This document shows, piece after piece, positions 27,000 to 38,990 of a stretch of DNA of 64,000 nucleotides. This DNA is from Macrostomum lignano (lineage: Eukaryota): positions 1 through 64,000 of the forward strand of contig NIVC01000608.1 of assembly GCA_002269645.1 (NCBI GenBank), written 5' to 3'. The stretch's first letter is position 1. Each line of letters begins with the position of its first letter. The notes under the pieces were generated by a model. That model searched no databases and was not told the DNA's origin. It was given only the letters and a program-made list of their open reading frames with translations. Made by a program: the position numbers and the translations under genes.

Positions 27000-29900
27000 G
27001 TGATTTTTACGAACTGATGCAGGCGCTGATCGATTATGAATATTTTTCTAGGTGATGCCCTTCTCGGGATAAACGAGGGGTGCTCTGAAAGTTTCCGGAT
27101 ACGTAACAATGAACCCAGTTAACAAAGTGAAACTTAGTTACAACTTTTCAAAGTACTCTCCAGCAACTTGCATGCACCGATTCTTCATTATCTGAAACCT
27201 GTTGGTGAAGCATAGGGACCATTCACTTTGTCCTATGGTTACCACGCCATCGTGGTACGCTTGAAAAGCCTCCTCACTGGATGAAAATCGACGCCCCTTC
27301 AGCAGACTCTTGACTTTCGAGGAACAAAAAAAGTCACACGGGACCAGGTCTGGTGAGTAGGCTGGGTGTGTTAGCAATTGTACTCCAGAATCGGTCAAGA
27401 AGTCAACAGTCAAAGCAGCCGTGTGTGCCGGGCGTTGTCATGGTGCCACAGAAGACCACGGACTCTAGTTCCAGGACGTGGTTCGGCCCATGCGTTGAGG
27501 ACTGTTGGTACACAGACGTTGGTGCACCAATGTGCTGTCACCGTCTGCTGACCCAGGAGCGCTACTATGGCCACATAGCCCGAGCAGCTGAAGAATGCTG
27601 CGACCATCTTCTTTCCTGAACTCCTGGATCGGATGGCCTTCTGAGGGGCATCCTCATCGGGAAAGCACTGCACTGCGATGATTGACGCTTTGTCTCGGGG
27701 TCGAAATTGTGAATCCATGTTTCATCACCTGTTAGAATGTCAAAAACAGACCGCTGGTGTCCACTGTTGAATTTGGTGAGCATGAACCGGCACCACTCCA
27801 CCCTGGCAGTCTTCTGGTCAGCAGTGAGGCAGTGGGGGATCCACCGGGCACTCCTCTTTTGCACTCGAAGGTGTTGGTGCAGGATCTCATTAAGTGCCCC
27901 TGATCCATCTCCAGGCTTGCCTCGAGCTGGCGGTAGGTGATTCGAGGATCCTCTAAGATAGCCGCTCTGCCTCATTAATGTTTTGCTGGGTAACTGCGGT
28001 TGCAGGCCTGCCACAACGAGGCTCATCTTGGAGGTGCTGCCGACCGCGTCTGAATTCCGCATACCAGTCAAAAACTGTTGGTGCGATGGTGCAGAGTCTT
28101 GAAAACAGCTTTGAAGCCGATTTAGTGATTCTTGGGGTGATAAATCCATTTTGCAGTCAATAAATCATGGCTCTGAAATGCTCACGAGAGAGTTCCGTGG
28201 CTGCTGCGTGTTCCTGGGTGGGGGTACGATCGAAAAATAATAAATAGCTCAAGGCAGCAAACCCGTCTATGGCTAAAATTGGAGGTACAAACTCAGAACA
28301 TATTTTTATACCAACAAATAAAATATCTGAACCCTAAAACAAGCCATCTTGCTGCATCCGGAAACTTTCAGAGCAAACCTCACATGAGCATTTAACCACC
28401 ATTTTTCACAATCGCCCCTCTCCCACCCTCTTTCCTCCCCTCTCCCACCCTCTTTCCTCCCTCTCCCACCCTCTTTCCTCCCCTCTCCCGCCCTCTTTCC
28501 TCCCCTCTCCCACCCTCTTTCCTCCCCTCTCCCACCCTCTTTCCTCCCCTCTCCCACCCTCTTTCCTCCCCTCTCCCACCCTCTTTCCTCCCCTCTCCCG
28601 CCCTCTTTCCTCCCCTCTCCCACCCTCTTTCCTCCCCTCTCCCGCCCTCTTTCCTCCCCTCTCCCACCATCTTTCCTCCCCTCTCCCACCCTCTTCCTCC
28701 CCTCTCCCGCCCTCTTTCCTCCCCTCTCCCACCATCTTTCCTCCCCTCTCCCACCCTCTTCCTCCCCTCTCCCGCCCTCTTTCCTCCCTCTCCCGCCCTC
28801 TTTCCTCCCCTCTCCCACCCTCTTTCCTCCCCTCTCCCATCCTTTTTCTCCTCTCTCTGACCCTCTTTCTCCGCCTACCCACACCCTCTTTACACCCCTT
28901 TTACATTCCTTTGCATTTACCTCCTCATTCCGCCAGGTACCTGGTCATCGTGCATCCCCTGCGGCCGAGGCCAAAGCGAATCTCCATCCTGTGCAGCGTC
29001 ATCTTCATCTGGTTGTTCAGCATCCTCAGCGCTGCTCCGTCGGCCGCGTCCAGCAAAATTGTTGAACTGAATGGCACGCAGACCTGCCAGATTGAGAAGG
29101 GGTTCAACGACGTGTGAGAACTTCGCTTGTTCGCTGAGCACTCTGCTCAATTTCGACCTGTTGCTATGTGGATGTCACTGGATTGTTATTGTTGCTATGC
29201 GGATGTAATTAAATTGTTACTGTTGCTATGCGGATGTGACTGAATTGTTGCTGTTGCTATGCGGATGTGAAGCAACAGATGAATTCTGCCACTATATTTC
29301 ATACACCAAGACGGCTGACTCAAAAGCAGACAAATGTAAAATTCAAAATCTACAACAACAAATTTAAACTTTCACATTTTCACTCAATTGCCATCCAGGC
29401 TGAACCCGCTGCTGTTCACCCTGCAGTACCTCATGCCCCTGGTGGTGGTCTGCTGCCTCTACGTCAACATCGGGGCGAAGCTGTGGCGTCACCGACCTAT
29501 CGGGGAGCGGCCGCAGGGCCAAGAGGAATCGGTCAGGGCCAAGAGAAAGGCAAGTGGGAAAATTGGGATATGAGTGTTGGGGTTTTGGAAGTTGGGATTT
29601 TGGGAGTTGAGATTTTGGGAGTTGGAATTTCGGGAGTTGGGATTTTGGGAGTTGGGATTTTGGGAGTTGGGATTTTGGGAGTTGGGATTTTGGGAGTTGG
29701 GATTTTGGGAGTTGGGATTTTGGGAGTTGGGATTTTGGGAGTTGGGATTTTGGGAGTTGGGATTTTGGGAGTTGGGATTTTGGGAGTTGGGATTTTGGGA
29801 GTTGGGATTTTGGGAGTTGAGATTTTGGGAGATGAGATTATGGAAGTTGCGATTTCGGAAGTTGAGATTTTGGGAGATGAGATGAGATTTTGGGAGATGA

Positions 29901-31084
29901 GATGAGATTTTGGGAGATGAGATTTTAGGAGTTGAGATTTTCTTGACTGATAAACTGATAAATACATAGCAACCGTTGCCACGGACTCAGTGCTCAGCGC
30001 GGTAGCTCACCGGTAAACCAATAATCCAACGTAGGTGGTGCTCATGATGATCACCGTGGTGACAATCTTTGCGCTGTGCTGGCTGCCCTACCAGCTGAGC
30101 TTCTTCGTCATGCACCTGTTCTCAGCCGAACTATTCGTTGCCGTGTACTTTCTGGCCGTCTGCAGCACAGTGTCCAACCCCATAATCTACTGCAGCATGA
30201 ATAGAAAGTGAGAAGGGATGCTGGATGCACTGGGAGAGGAAAGAGGAGAGAGGGAGAGGACACGAAATGAGAGAAAAGACAGGAGAGGCGAGAGACGAGA
30301 GAAGACAGGAGAAGGGAGAGAGGACAGGAGAGAGGACAGGAGAGAGGACGGGAGAGAGGACAGGAGAGAGGACAGGAGAGAGGACAGGAGAGAGGACAGG
30401 AGAGAGGACAGGAGAGAGGACAGGAGAGAGGACAGGAGAGAGGACAGGAGAGAGGACAGGAGAGAGGACAGGAGAGAGGACAGGAGAGAGGACAGGAGAT
30501 AGGACAGGAGAGAGGACAGGAGAGAGGACAGGAGAGAGGACAGGAGAGAGGACAGGAGAGAGGACAGGAGAGAGGACAGGAGAGAGGACAGGAGAGAGGA
30601 CAGGAGAGAGGACAGGAGAGAGGACAGGAGAGAGGACAGGAGAGAGGACAGGAGAGAGGACAGGAGAGAGGACAGGAGAGAGGACAGGAGAGAGGACAGG
30701 AGAGAGACAGGAGAGAGGACAGGAGAGAGGACAGGAGAGAGGACAGGAGAGAGGACAGGAGAGAGGACAGGCAGTAAGCGGGACTCCTGGCAAACCCGCA
30801 GCTTTCGGCTCGGCTTCCAGTGGGCCTTCCGCTGGCTGCCCTGTGTGCCGGCCGTCGACGCTGCCAGGTACGCCGAGCTGCGCCACGGACGGGCCAAGGT
30901 GAAGGCCGTCGCGACTGCGGCAGCCGCAGCGGCAGCAGCAGCCGCCCCGGCTGCCGCCAGCTGCGAATGCGAGACCGAGCTCAACCTGATGCAGCGTCGC
31001 CGGCAGCTGAGGCTGCTCGAATCCGATGGCGACGAGGTTGAAGCCGAATCTGCCGAGTTCGACGGAATTCAAAATTCCGTTTGA
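26677..31084 (+). CDS. Tachykinin-receptor-family (TACR/natalisin/RYamide-luqin group) class A neuropeptide GPCR, 5 exons, about 368 aa
   Basis: Join 26677-26999, 28937-29113, 29399-29549, 30035-30207, 30802-31084 = 1107 nt. Motifs GN (TM1), TNIFLLSLSLSDL, ERY, AKRK-VVLMM, CWLPY, NPIIY, FRLGFQWAFRWLPC. Confidence 0.9.
27074..28382 (-). mobile_element. Full-length decayed Tc1/mariner (DD34D mariner, irritans-like) DNA transposon in TACR-like intron 1
   Basis: 27-bp TIRs CGAGGGGTGCTCTGAAAGTTTCCGGAT (27074-27100) and ATCCGGAAACTTTCAGAGCAAACCTCA (28356-28382), 3 mismatches. About 1.31 kb with transposase motifs inside. The TA target duplication has decayed. Confidence 0.92.
27138..28198 (-). pseudogene. 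Frameshifted mariner transposase
   Basis: WIPHCL, ILTGDETW, FDPETKRQS, HHDNA, HPAYSPDL(V)PCDF and GEYFEKL are spread over three frames. The ancestral start appears as ACG (ACG GAA CTC TCT CGT GAG CAT TTC) at 28198. Confidence 0.9.
28412..28900. repeat. 22-bp CT-rich repeat CTCCCACCCTCTTTCCTCCCCT
   Basis: Just upstream of the exon 2 acceptor. Confidence 0.93.
28937..29113 (+). CDS. TACR-like exon 2 (ICL2, TM4, ECL2)
   Basis: CGCCAG acceptor; YLVIVHPLRPR...TQTCQIEKGFND; GT|GTGAG donor. Confidence 0.9.
29399..29549 (+). CDS. TACR-like exon 3 (TM5, ICL3)
   Basis: ATCCAG acceptor; LNPLLFTLQYLMPLVVV...ESVRAKRK; non-canonical AAG|GCAAGT donor. Confidence 0.88.
29575..29935. repeat. 15-bp repeat GTTGGGATTTTGGGA
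   Basis: TACR-like intron 3. Confidence 0.95.
30035..30207 (+). CDS. TACR-like exon 4 (TM6-TM7)
   Basis: CGTAG acceptor; VVLMMITVVTIFALCWLPY...NPIIYCSMNR; AA|GTGAG donor. Missing from the ORF track on +. Confidence 0.92.
30315..30772. repeat. 12-bp repeat GAGAGGACAGGA
   Basis: TACR-like intron 4. Confidence 0.96.
30802..31084 (+). CDS. TACR-like exon 5 (helix 8, C-tail)
   Basis: CCGCAG acceptor; NFRLGFQWAFRWLPCVPAV...QNSV-TGA. Confidence 0.88.
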
Positions 31085-31104
31085 CTCACTTCGAGCCCTC
31101 AATG

Positions 31105-32515
31105 GCGGAACCTGACCCTTGTTGACGGAGCCTGACCCTTGTTGACGGAGCCTGACCCCTGTTGACGGAGCCTGACCCCTGTTGACGGAGCCTGACCCTT
31201 TTTGATGGAGCCTGACCCACAATGATGAAGCCTGACCCACAATGATGGAGCCTGACCCTTGTTGATGAAGCCTGACCCTTGTTGACGGAGCCTGACGCTT
31301 GTTGATGGAGCCTGACCCTTGTTGATGAAGCCTGACCCTTGTTGACGGAGCCTGACCCTTGTTGATGGAGCCTGACCCACAATGACGGAGCCTGGCCCTT
31401 GTTGATGAAGCCTGACCCTTGTTGACGGAGCCTGACCCTTGTTGATGGAGCCTGACCCACAATGACGGAGCCTGGCCCTTGTTGATGAAGCCTGACCCTT
31501 GTTGACGGAGCCTGACCCTTGTTGATGGAGCCTGACCTTTGTTGATATAGGCTGACCCTTGTTGATGAAGCCTGACCCTTGTTGACGGAGCCTGACGCTT
31601 GTTGATGGAGCCTGACCCTTGTTGATGAAGCCTGACCCTTGTTGACGGAGCCTGACCCTTGTTGATGGAGCCTGACCCACAATGACGGAGCCTGGCCCTT
31701 GTTGATGAAGCCTGACCCTTGTTGACGGAGCCTGACCCTTGTTGATGGAGCCTGACCCACAATGACGGAGCCTGGCCCTTGTTGATGAAGCCTGACCCTT
31801 GTTGACGGAGCCTGACCCTTGTTGATGGAGCCTGACCCACAATGACGGAGCCTGGCCCTTGTTGATGAAGCCTGACCCTTGTTGACGGAGCCTGACCCTT
31901 GTTGATGGAGCCTGACCTTTGTTGATATAGGCTGACCCTTGTTGATGAAGCCTGACCCTTGTTGACAGAGCCTGACCCTTGTTGATGTAGCCTGACCCAC
32001 AATGACGGAGCCTGGCCTTGTTGATGAAGCCTGACCCTTGTTGACGGCCTGACCCTTGTTGATGTAGCCTGACACAATGATGGAGCCTGACCCTTGTTGA
32101 TGAAGCCTGACCCTTGTTGACGGAGCCTGACCCTTGTTGATGTAGGCTGACCCACAATGATGGAGCCTGACCCTTGTTGACGGAGCCTGACCCTTGTTGA
32201 TGGAGCCTGACCCTGTGACCCTTGTTGATGCCTGACCCTTGTTGATAGCTGACCCTTGTTGATGGAGCCTGACCCACAATGATGGAGCCTGGCCCTTGTT
32301 GATGAAGCCTGACCCTTGTTGATAAAGCCTGACCCTTGTTGATGGAGCCTGACCCTTGTTGATGGAGCCTGACCCACAATGACGGAGCCTGACTCTTGTT
32401 GATGGAGTCTGACCCACAATGATGTTTGGCTGACCCTTATTGACAAGGTCTGACCCTCATTGACGGATTTTGACCCTCATTGACGCAGCCTGACCCTTGT
32501 TGACGGAGCCTGACT
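31105..32515. repeat. 20-bp minisatellite CCTGACCCTTGTTGA(C/T)GGAG with higher-order structure
   Basis: About 70 units; recurring variant order. Confidence 0.96.
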
Positions 32516-33519
32516 CACTCTTTTGAAGCTAAATCGATAAAATTAGCAAAGAATAAACGAGTGTTATTGATTCAGTTCTAAAACTGCTGCATTCAAACTG
32601 ATATATGCTTCATTAGCGAGTAGGTGCCGAGTTGCCTGACTTTTTGCCGCTAGCAGCCTCCACTCGGACCGCATTGTAACCTTTTTCCTAGATCGAACCG
32701 GGACTCTCTAAAGGCCTCCCCCAGCCTGCCTTATTTGGTTTCGACTGTGCCGGCGCAAAAAGTTAAAGAGACATCAACAATCATTTAGTATGAATTTGCT
32801 AAGTTGTTAAGCAAACAATTACGAGTCTCACCCACCCCATTGCACCGGTCGAGCATCTTAGCCAGCCCAGAGGAAAGACCCCGGGTTGAGTAGGTAAACA
32901 ATGTAGAGAATTAGCCTAGATAAAACCTACACTGGCTCTGTTCCCAGAGTTCTGACTAGAAATATTGTTGACATTTCTGTTTGAGCATTGGCGCAAGATT
33001 ACAACAGGCAGGAATGCACCGCGAAATGAAGAGCTTGTTGACTTAGTAAGAATCGTTTTGTGACAGAGTTTCTGGTCACAATTTGTTTGGTACAGTCAGT
33101 CAGTCAGTCAGTTGATCTCGCTATTGGTTGGCTTGCCAGCGGTCGCCGACCCACCCCACCTGTGGCGGGGTGCGCGCCTCAGAAACGCGAGCATAAAAGT
33201 GAGCACCGCGATGGTGACTCTGAGCTAAAAAGTCGCCGAGTAATTAATTGAATTCAGCCTAGCAAGCGGATCGAAGGCGCCAGTTTTTTGCCTTCTCATA
33301 GCCTAACCAAGTAGCCTGTGGGTATTGCTGGGTCACAGTGCGCCGCAGTCAGTAATATCATAGGTTGCTCGGTTTGGCTTCAAGGCCGAGCTTCGAGTTC
33401 CAATTCAAATCCTGTCCAACTGCCAGCAACTGCAGATTGGATTTCTGTAAGTGAATCCCGCTTGTGGGGACGTCGGGGCCGGTTCTGTGGGATTCTTCAA
33501 CGGGTGATTGTTGAATGGG

Positions 33520-34975
33520 ATCTTCTAGGGTGGGATTCTGAGATGGATTCTTCTAGGGTGGGATTCTGAGATGAGATCTTCTAGGGTGGGATTCTGAGAT
33601 GGGATCTTCTAGGGTGGGATTCTGAGATGGATTCTTCTAGGACTGGGGTCTGAGATGGGATCTACTAGGACTGGATTCTGAGATGGGATCTACTGGGGTG
33701 GGATTCTGAGATGGATTCTTCTAGGGTGGGATTCTGAGATGGGATCTTCTAGGGCGGGATTCTGAGATGGGATCTACTAGGACAGGATTCTGAGATGGGA
33801 TTCTTCTAGGGTGGGATTCTGAGATGGATTCTTCTAGGGTGGGATTCTGAGATGGATTCTTCTAGGGTGGGATTCTGAGATGGGATCTTCTAGGACGGGA
33901 TTCTGAGATGGGATCTACTAGGACGGGATTCTGAGATGGGATTCTTCTAGGGTGGGATTCTGAGATGGATTCTTCTAGGGTGGGATTCTGAGATGGATTC
34001 TTCTAGGGTGGGATTCTGAGATGGGATCTTCTAGGACGGGATTCTGAGATGGATTCTTCTAGGGTGGGATTCTGAGATGGGATCTTCTAGGACGGGATTC
34101 TGAGATGGGATCTACTAGGACTGGATTCTGAGATGGGATCTACTGGGGTGGGATTCTGAGATGGATTCTTCTAGGGTGGGATTCTGAGATGGGATCTTCT
34201 AGGGCGGGATTCTGAGATGGGATCTACTAGGACAGGATTCTGAGATGGGATTCTTCTAGGGTGGGATTCTGAGATGGATTCTTCTAGGGTGGGATTCTGA
34301 GATGGATTCTTCTAGGGTGGGATTCTGAGATGGGATCTTCTAGGACGGGATTCTGAGATGGGATCTACTAGGACGGGATTCTGAGATGGGATTCTTCTAG
34401 GGTGGGATTCTGAGATGGATTCTTCTAGGGTGGGATTCTGAGATGGATTCTTCTAGGGTGGGATTCTGAGATGGGATCTTCTAGGACGGGATTCTGAGAT
34501 GGGATCTTCTAGGACGGGATTCTGAGATGGGATCTACTAGGACTGGATTCTGAGATGGGATCTACTGGAGTAGGATTCTAAGATGGGATCTTCTAAGGCG
34601 GGACTCTAAGATGGGATCTTCTAGGGTGGGACTCTAAGATGGGATCTTCTAGGGCGGGACTCTAAGATGGGATCTTCTAGGACGGGATTCTGAAATGGGA
34701 TCTACTGGGATGGGATTCTAAGATGGGATTTTCTACGGCGGGATACTAAGATTGGATCTTCTAGGGTAAGATTCAAAGATGGGATCTTCTAGGGTGAGGT
34801 TTTAAGATGGGGTCCACTGGGTTGGGATTCTAAGATGGGATCTACTGGGGTTGAGATTTTAATATTGGATTTTCTAGGAATTTTAAAATGAAAGCTTCTA
34901 GAGTTGGATTCTAAGATGGGATGTAGTAAGGGTGGGATTTTAGTAGAACGGGGTCACCTTGGGTGGGATTCGAAA
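33520..34975. repeat. 28-bp minisatellite GGGATTCTGAGATGGGATCTTCTAGGGT
   Basis: About 50 units; 450-bp block duplication. Confidence 0.95.
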
Positions 34976-35539
34976 ACCGGATTCACTCAAAAAACTTGTA
35001 CTTGTATTATTTTATTTGCAAAACTTTGGTGTGAGCTGATAATAACGGCCTGAACTACTGGTTTGCAGTAGTCTGTTTGCGCATTGTTGACTGCTTTGAG
35101 AGTGGCACTTATGGAGAGTTGAACCGGTACATTATTTATTGTACATGGTAAATTATGGATACATACATATTATGGCAGGGTGAGTTTTTGAAAAAAATGT
35201 GTACTCATTTGCTTTGTCTCTTTATCTTCCATTGCTGTCTCCTTCTCTCTTCTCTACTTCTGCATTTACCTCCCTATCCCCCTCCCTTTCTCCCCTCCCC
35301 TCTGTATCTCCCTCCTCTTTCTATCATTTGTCATTTTCTATTTTAATTCTACTGAGACTTGATCTCGAACACTGTTTACTCAGAATAAAAAAATACGAGC
35401 GCGTAAAGTTGCGCGAAAAAGTTTCCTGCAATCCCAAATTGATTGAAGAAGTTGAAGCTTTGCTTATAGAATGGGTTTCAATGGTCTTAAGAAATGTCCC
35501 AAAGGGTAGCAGGGTAGATCAGTTTAAGATAGATATCGG

Positions 35540-35715
35540 ATAGATTTCTGCTAGATCACCTCAGTCAGGTACGGATAGATGTCGGATAGATTTCTGCTAG
35601 ATCACCTCAGTCAGGTACGGATAGATGTCGGATAGACTTCTGCTAGATCACCCCAGTCAGGTACGGATATATGTCGGATAGACTTCTGCTAGATCACCTC
35701 AATCAGGTAAGGATA
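35540..35715. repeat. 46-bp repeat, about 3.5 copies
   Basis: AGATTTCTGCTAGATCACCTCAGTCAGGTACGGATAGATGTCGGAT at 35542, 35588 and onward. Confidence 0.9.
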
Positions 35716-35744
35716 AATATCGGATAGACTTCGACTATATCACA

Positions 35745-36280
35745 TCGGATAGATATCGGATAGATATCGGATAGATATCGGATAGACACTGGATAGATAT
35801 CGGATAGACACTGGATAGATATCGGATAGATATTGAATAGATATCGGATAGACATCGGATAGACATCGGATAGACATCGGATAGACATCGGATAGACATC
35901 GGATAGACATCGGATAGACACTGGATAGATATCGGATAGATATCGGATAGATATCGGATAGATATCGGATAGATATCGGATAGATATCGGATAGATATCG
36001 GATAGATATCGGATAGATATCGGATAGATATCGGATAGATATCGGATAGATATCGGATAGATATCGGATAGATATCGGATAGATATCGGATAGATATCGG
36101 ATAGATATCGGATAGATATCGGATAGATATCGGATAGATATCGGATAGATATCGGATAGATATCGGATAGATATCGGATAGATATCGGATAGATATCGGA
36201 TAGATATCGGATAGATATCGGATAGATATCGGATAGACACTGGATCATAGACATCGGATAGACATCGGATAGATATTGGA
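35745..36280. repeat. 11-bp repeat ATATCGGATAG
   Basis: About 48 units; shares GGATAGAT(A/G)TCGGAT with the adjacent 46-mer. Confidence 0.96.
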
Positions 36281-37039
36281 AATCACACAGGAACGAGCGC
36301 TGCCAGGTTCAGGTACCCAAGTCGTGCACTAACGAAGAGGACAAAGGATGAATGCAACCCCGCAGGTTGCCATGAAGATAATTATTTTTTTGAGTTTGGT
36401 TGCTGGGACGGAAGAGGCTGACAAAGTGGCAGAAGCGCCGAGAGGAAAGATCATCACGCGCTTTTTTTGCAACCGCCCCGGGTGACGTAGCGAAGATATG
36501 GCTATGAATTTTATTGGGAAAAGCGATCAGGGGAAGAAGCTGTACAAGCTTCCTCTCCGGAAATGAGGCGCGAGGGATCGGGACCTGCCCAGCGCGCGAG
36601 GCTTCCCCGCTCCCCAGTTGCAGGTGAGAGATGGGCCTGACAGATTTTTCCCACGGGATGGGAGTTCCGACCGCAGTTGCGCGATTAATTGGTTCGCTCT
36701 CTTTCTCCTCCAATTAAAATTTTCAGTTTCACCCGAAAGAATCTGCCGGAGCATTGGATTAATTTAATCGGCCTGACACAAAAATACAATCAGGTGACTG
36801 AGCGCTGAATTAATTAGCGACCCTCAGGCAGGTGTGACGCGAGTTGCTCCGCCGAACTGCGCAACTGAGATTAATCCAGGTATCTGTGGACTCGGGCAAT
36901 GCTGGAGTTCTACGCGGCAAATTCGCAAATTCTGCCAACTTCTGATATTGCGCACAGGCAAGATTTGTGTGTGCCGAAATTCACCGAAACAGAAAGATGC
37001 TTTTTGACATGGGGTTTGCTTCGTAATTTGGCTGCCTAT

Positions 37040-37662
37040 GCGACTCATTCACTCACAATTCACACATTAATATTCACCCACAATTTTCTCATTCACACAC
37101 TATTATTCACTCACAATTCACACATTACTATTCACCCACAATTCTCTCATTCACACACTATTATTCACTCACAATTCACACATTACTATTCACTCACAAT
37201 TCTTTCATTCACACATTACTATTCACTCACAATTGTCTCATTCAAACACAGCTGTTCACTCACGATTCTCTCATTCACACATTACTATTCACTCATAAGT
37301 CTCCCAGTCACGCATTACTATTCACTCACAATTCTTTCAGTCACACACAGCTGTTCACTCACGATTCTCTCATTCACACATTACTATTCACTCATAAGTC
37401 TCCCATTCACGCATTACTATTCACTCACAATTCTTTTAGTCACACACAGCTGTTCACTCACGATTCTCTCATTCACACATTACTATTCACTCATAAGTCT
37501 CCCAGTCACGCATTACTATTCACTCACAATTCTTTTAGTCACACACAGCTGTTCACTCACGATTCTCTCATTCACACATTACTATTCACTCATAAGTCTC
37601 CCAGTCACGCATTACTATTCACTCACAATTCTCTCAGTCACACACAGCTGTTCACTCACATA
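37040..37662. repeat. About 33-bp minisatellite forming an about 98-bp trimer
   Basis: CACATTACTATTCACTCAC core with three recurring variants. Confidence 0.9.
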
Positions 37663-38279
37663 ATGATGCCCCAATCACGGGTTCACAAATAACCAGAGCA
37701 GACTCACTCACTCCCGCAGCCCGGATCCCATTCGTCTAGACCGGAGAGCCGTATCTCAGGATCAAATCCTTCAAACGGGTTCACTCCGATTGGTTAAGGA
37801 AAAAGTTGAGATAATATGCGTGGGATATCTGTGCCCAGAATTTAGCTACCTCACCTGGGCCATGCCATAAAGGAATTTGGCGAGTTTCTCACAGGCCCGC
37901 CAGATTCCCAGCCGTTGTGAGACGAAAGATCTTGCAAACAACTACAGGTGCGCTTCATCAAGCCCGCGGTAAGCTGCGCAGAACAATTTCTAAATAGCTT
38001 GGGTTAAAAAGAAATTCTGAATAGAAAGTGCAACATTTTTCTTTAGTATTTGTAAATGTCTTTCAAGAAAACTGTCACATCCAACCTACGCTCGTATTAT
38101 TTACATGTAGTGTTTCACTCACTGTGAATTTCTGTCTATGCTTCACCCAGAGTTAAAGGTGGCTGGAAATAACAATAGAAGAATAAAATCTAATAAGACA
38201 TCTTCTGCATTCTGCAAAGCGTTCCCACCATAAAATCCTCTCTCTGATACCCTCGAATTTCCTTTCTTCCTTCCTTCCT

Positions 38280-38990
38280 TCTCTGACCCCCTCTCCGATC
38301 CCCTCACCGATCCCCTCACCGATCCCCTCTCCGATCCCCTCTCCGATCCTCTCTCCGATCCCCTCTCCGATCCCCTCTCCGATCCCCTCTCCGATCCCCT
38401 CTCCGATCCCCCCTTCAAACCCTCTCCGATCCCTCTTCAAACCCTCTCCGATCCCCTCTCCGATCCCCTCTTCAAACCCTCTCCGATCCCCTCACCGATC
38501 CCCTCTCCGATCCCCTCTCCGATCCCCTCTCCGATCCCCTCTCCGATCCCCTCTCCGATCCCCTCTCCGATCCCCTCTTCAAACCCTCTCCGATCCCTCT
38601 TCAAACCCTCTCCGATCCCCTCTTCAAACCCTCTCCGATCCCCTCTCCGATCCTCTCTCCAATCCCCTCTCCGATCCCCTCTCCGATCCCCTCTCCGATC
38701 CCCTCTCCGATCCCCTCTCCGATCCCTCTTCAAACCCTCTCCGATCCCCTCTCCGATCCCCTCTTCAAACCCTCTCCGATCCCCTCTCCGATCCTCTCTC
38801 CAATCCCCTCTTCAAACCCTCTCCGATCCCCTCTCCGATCCCCTCTCCGATCCCCTCTCCGATCCCCTCTCCGATCCTCTCTCCGATCCCCTCTCCGATC
38901 CTCTCTCCGATCCCCTCTCCGATCCCCTCTTCAAACCCTCTCCGATCCCCTCTCCGATCCCCTCTCCGATCCCCTCTTCAAACCCTCTAT
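38280..38990. repeat. 12-bp repeat CTCTCCGATCCC with TCTTCAAACC interruptions
   Basis: Direct reading. Confidence 0.95.

Noticed and set aside
30131-32446. 771-, 443- and 426-aa minus-strand ORFs (STRVRLHQQGSGSINKGQAP repeats)
   Set aside because: A 20-bp unit cycling through three stop-free frames, plus antisense of GPCR exons
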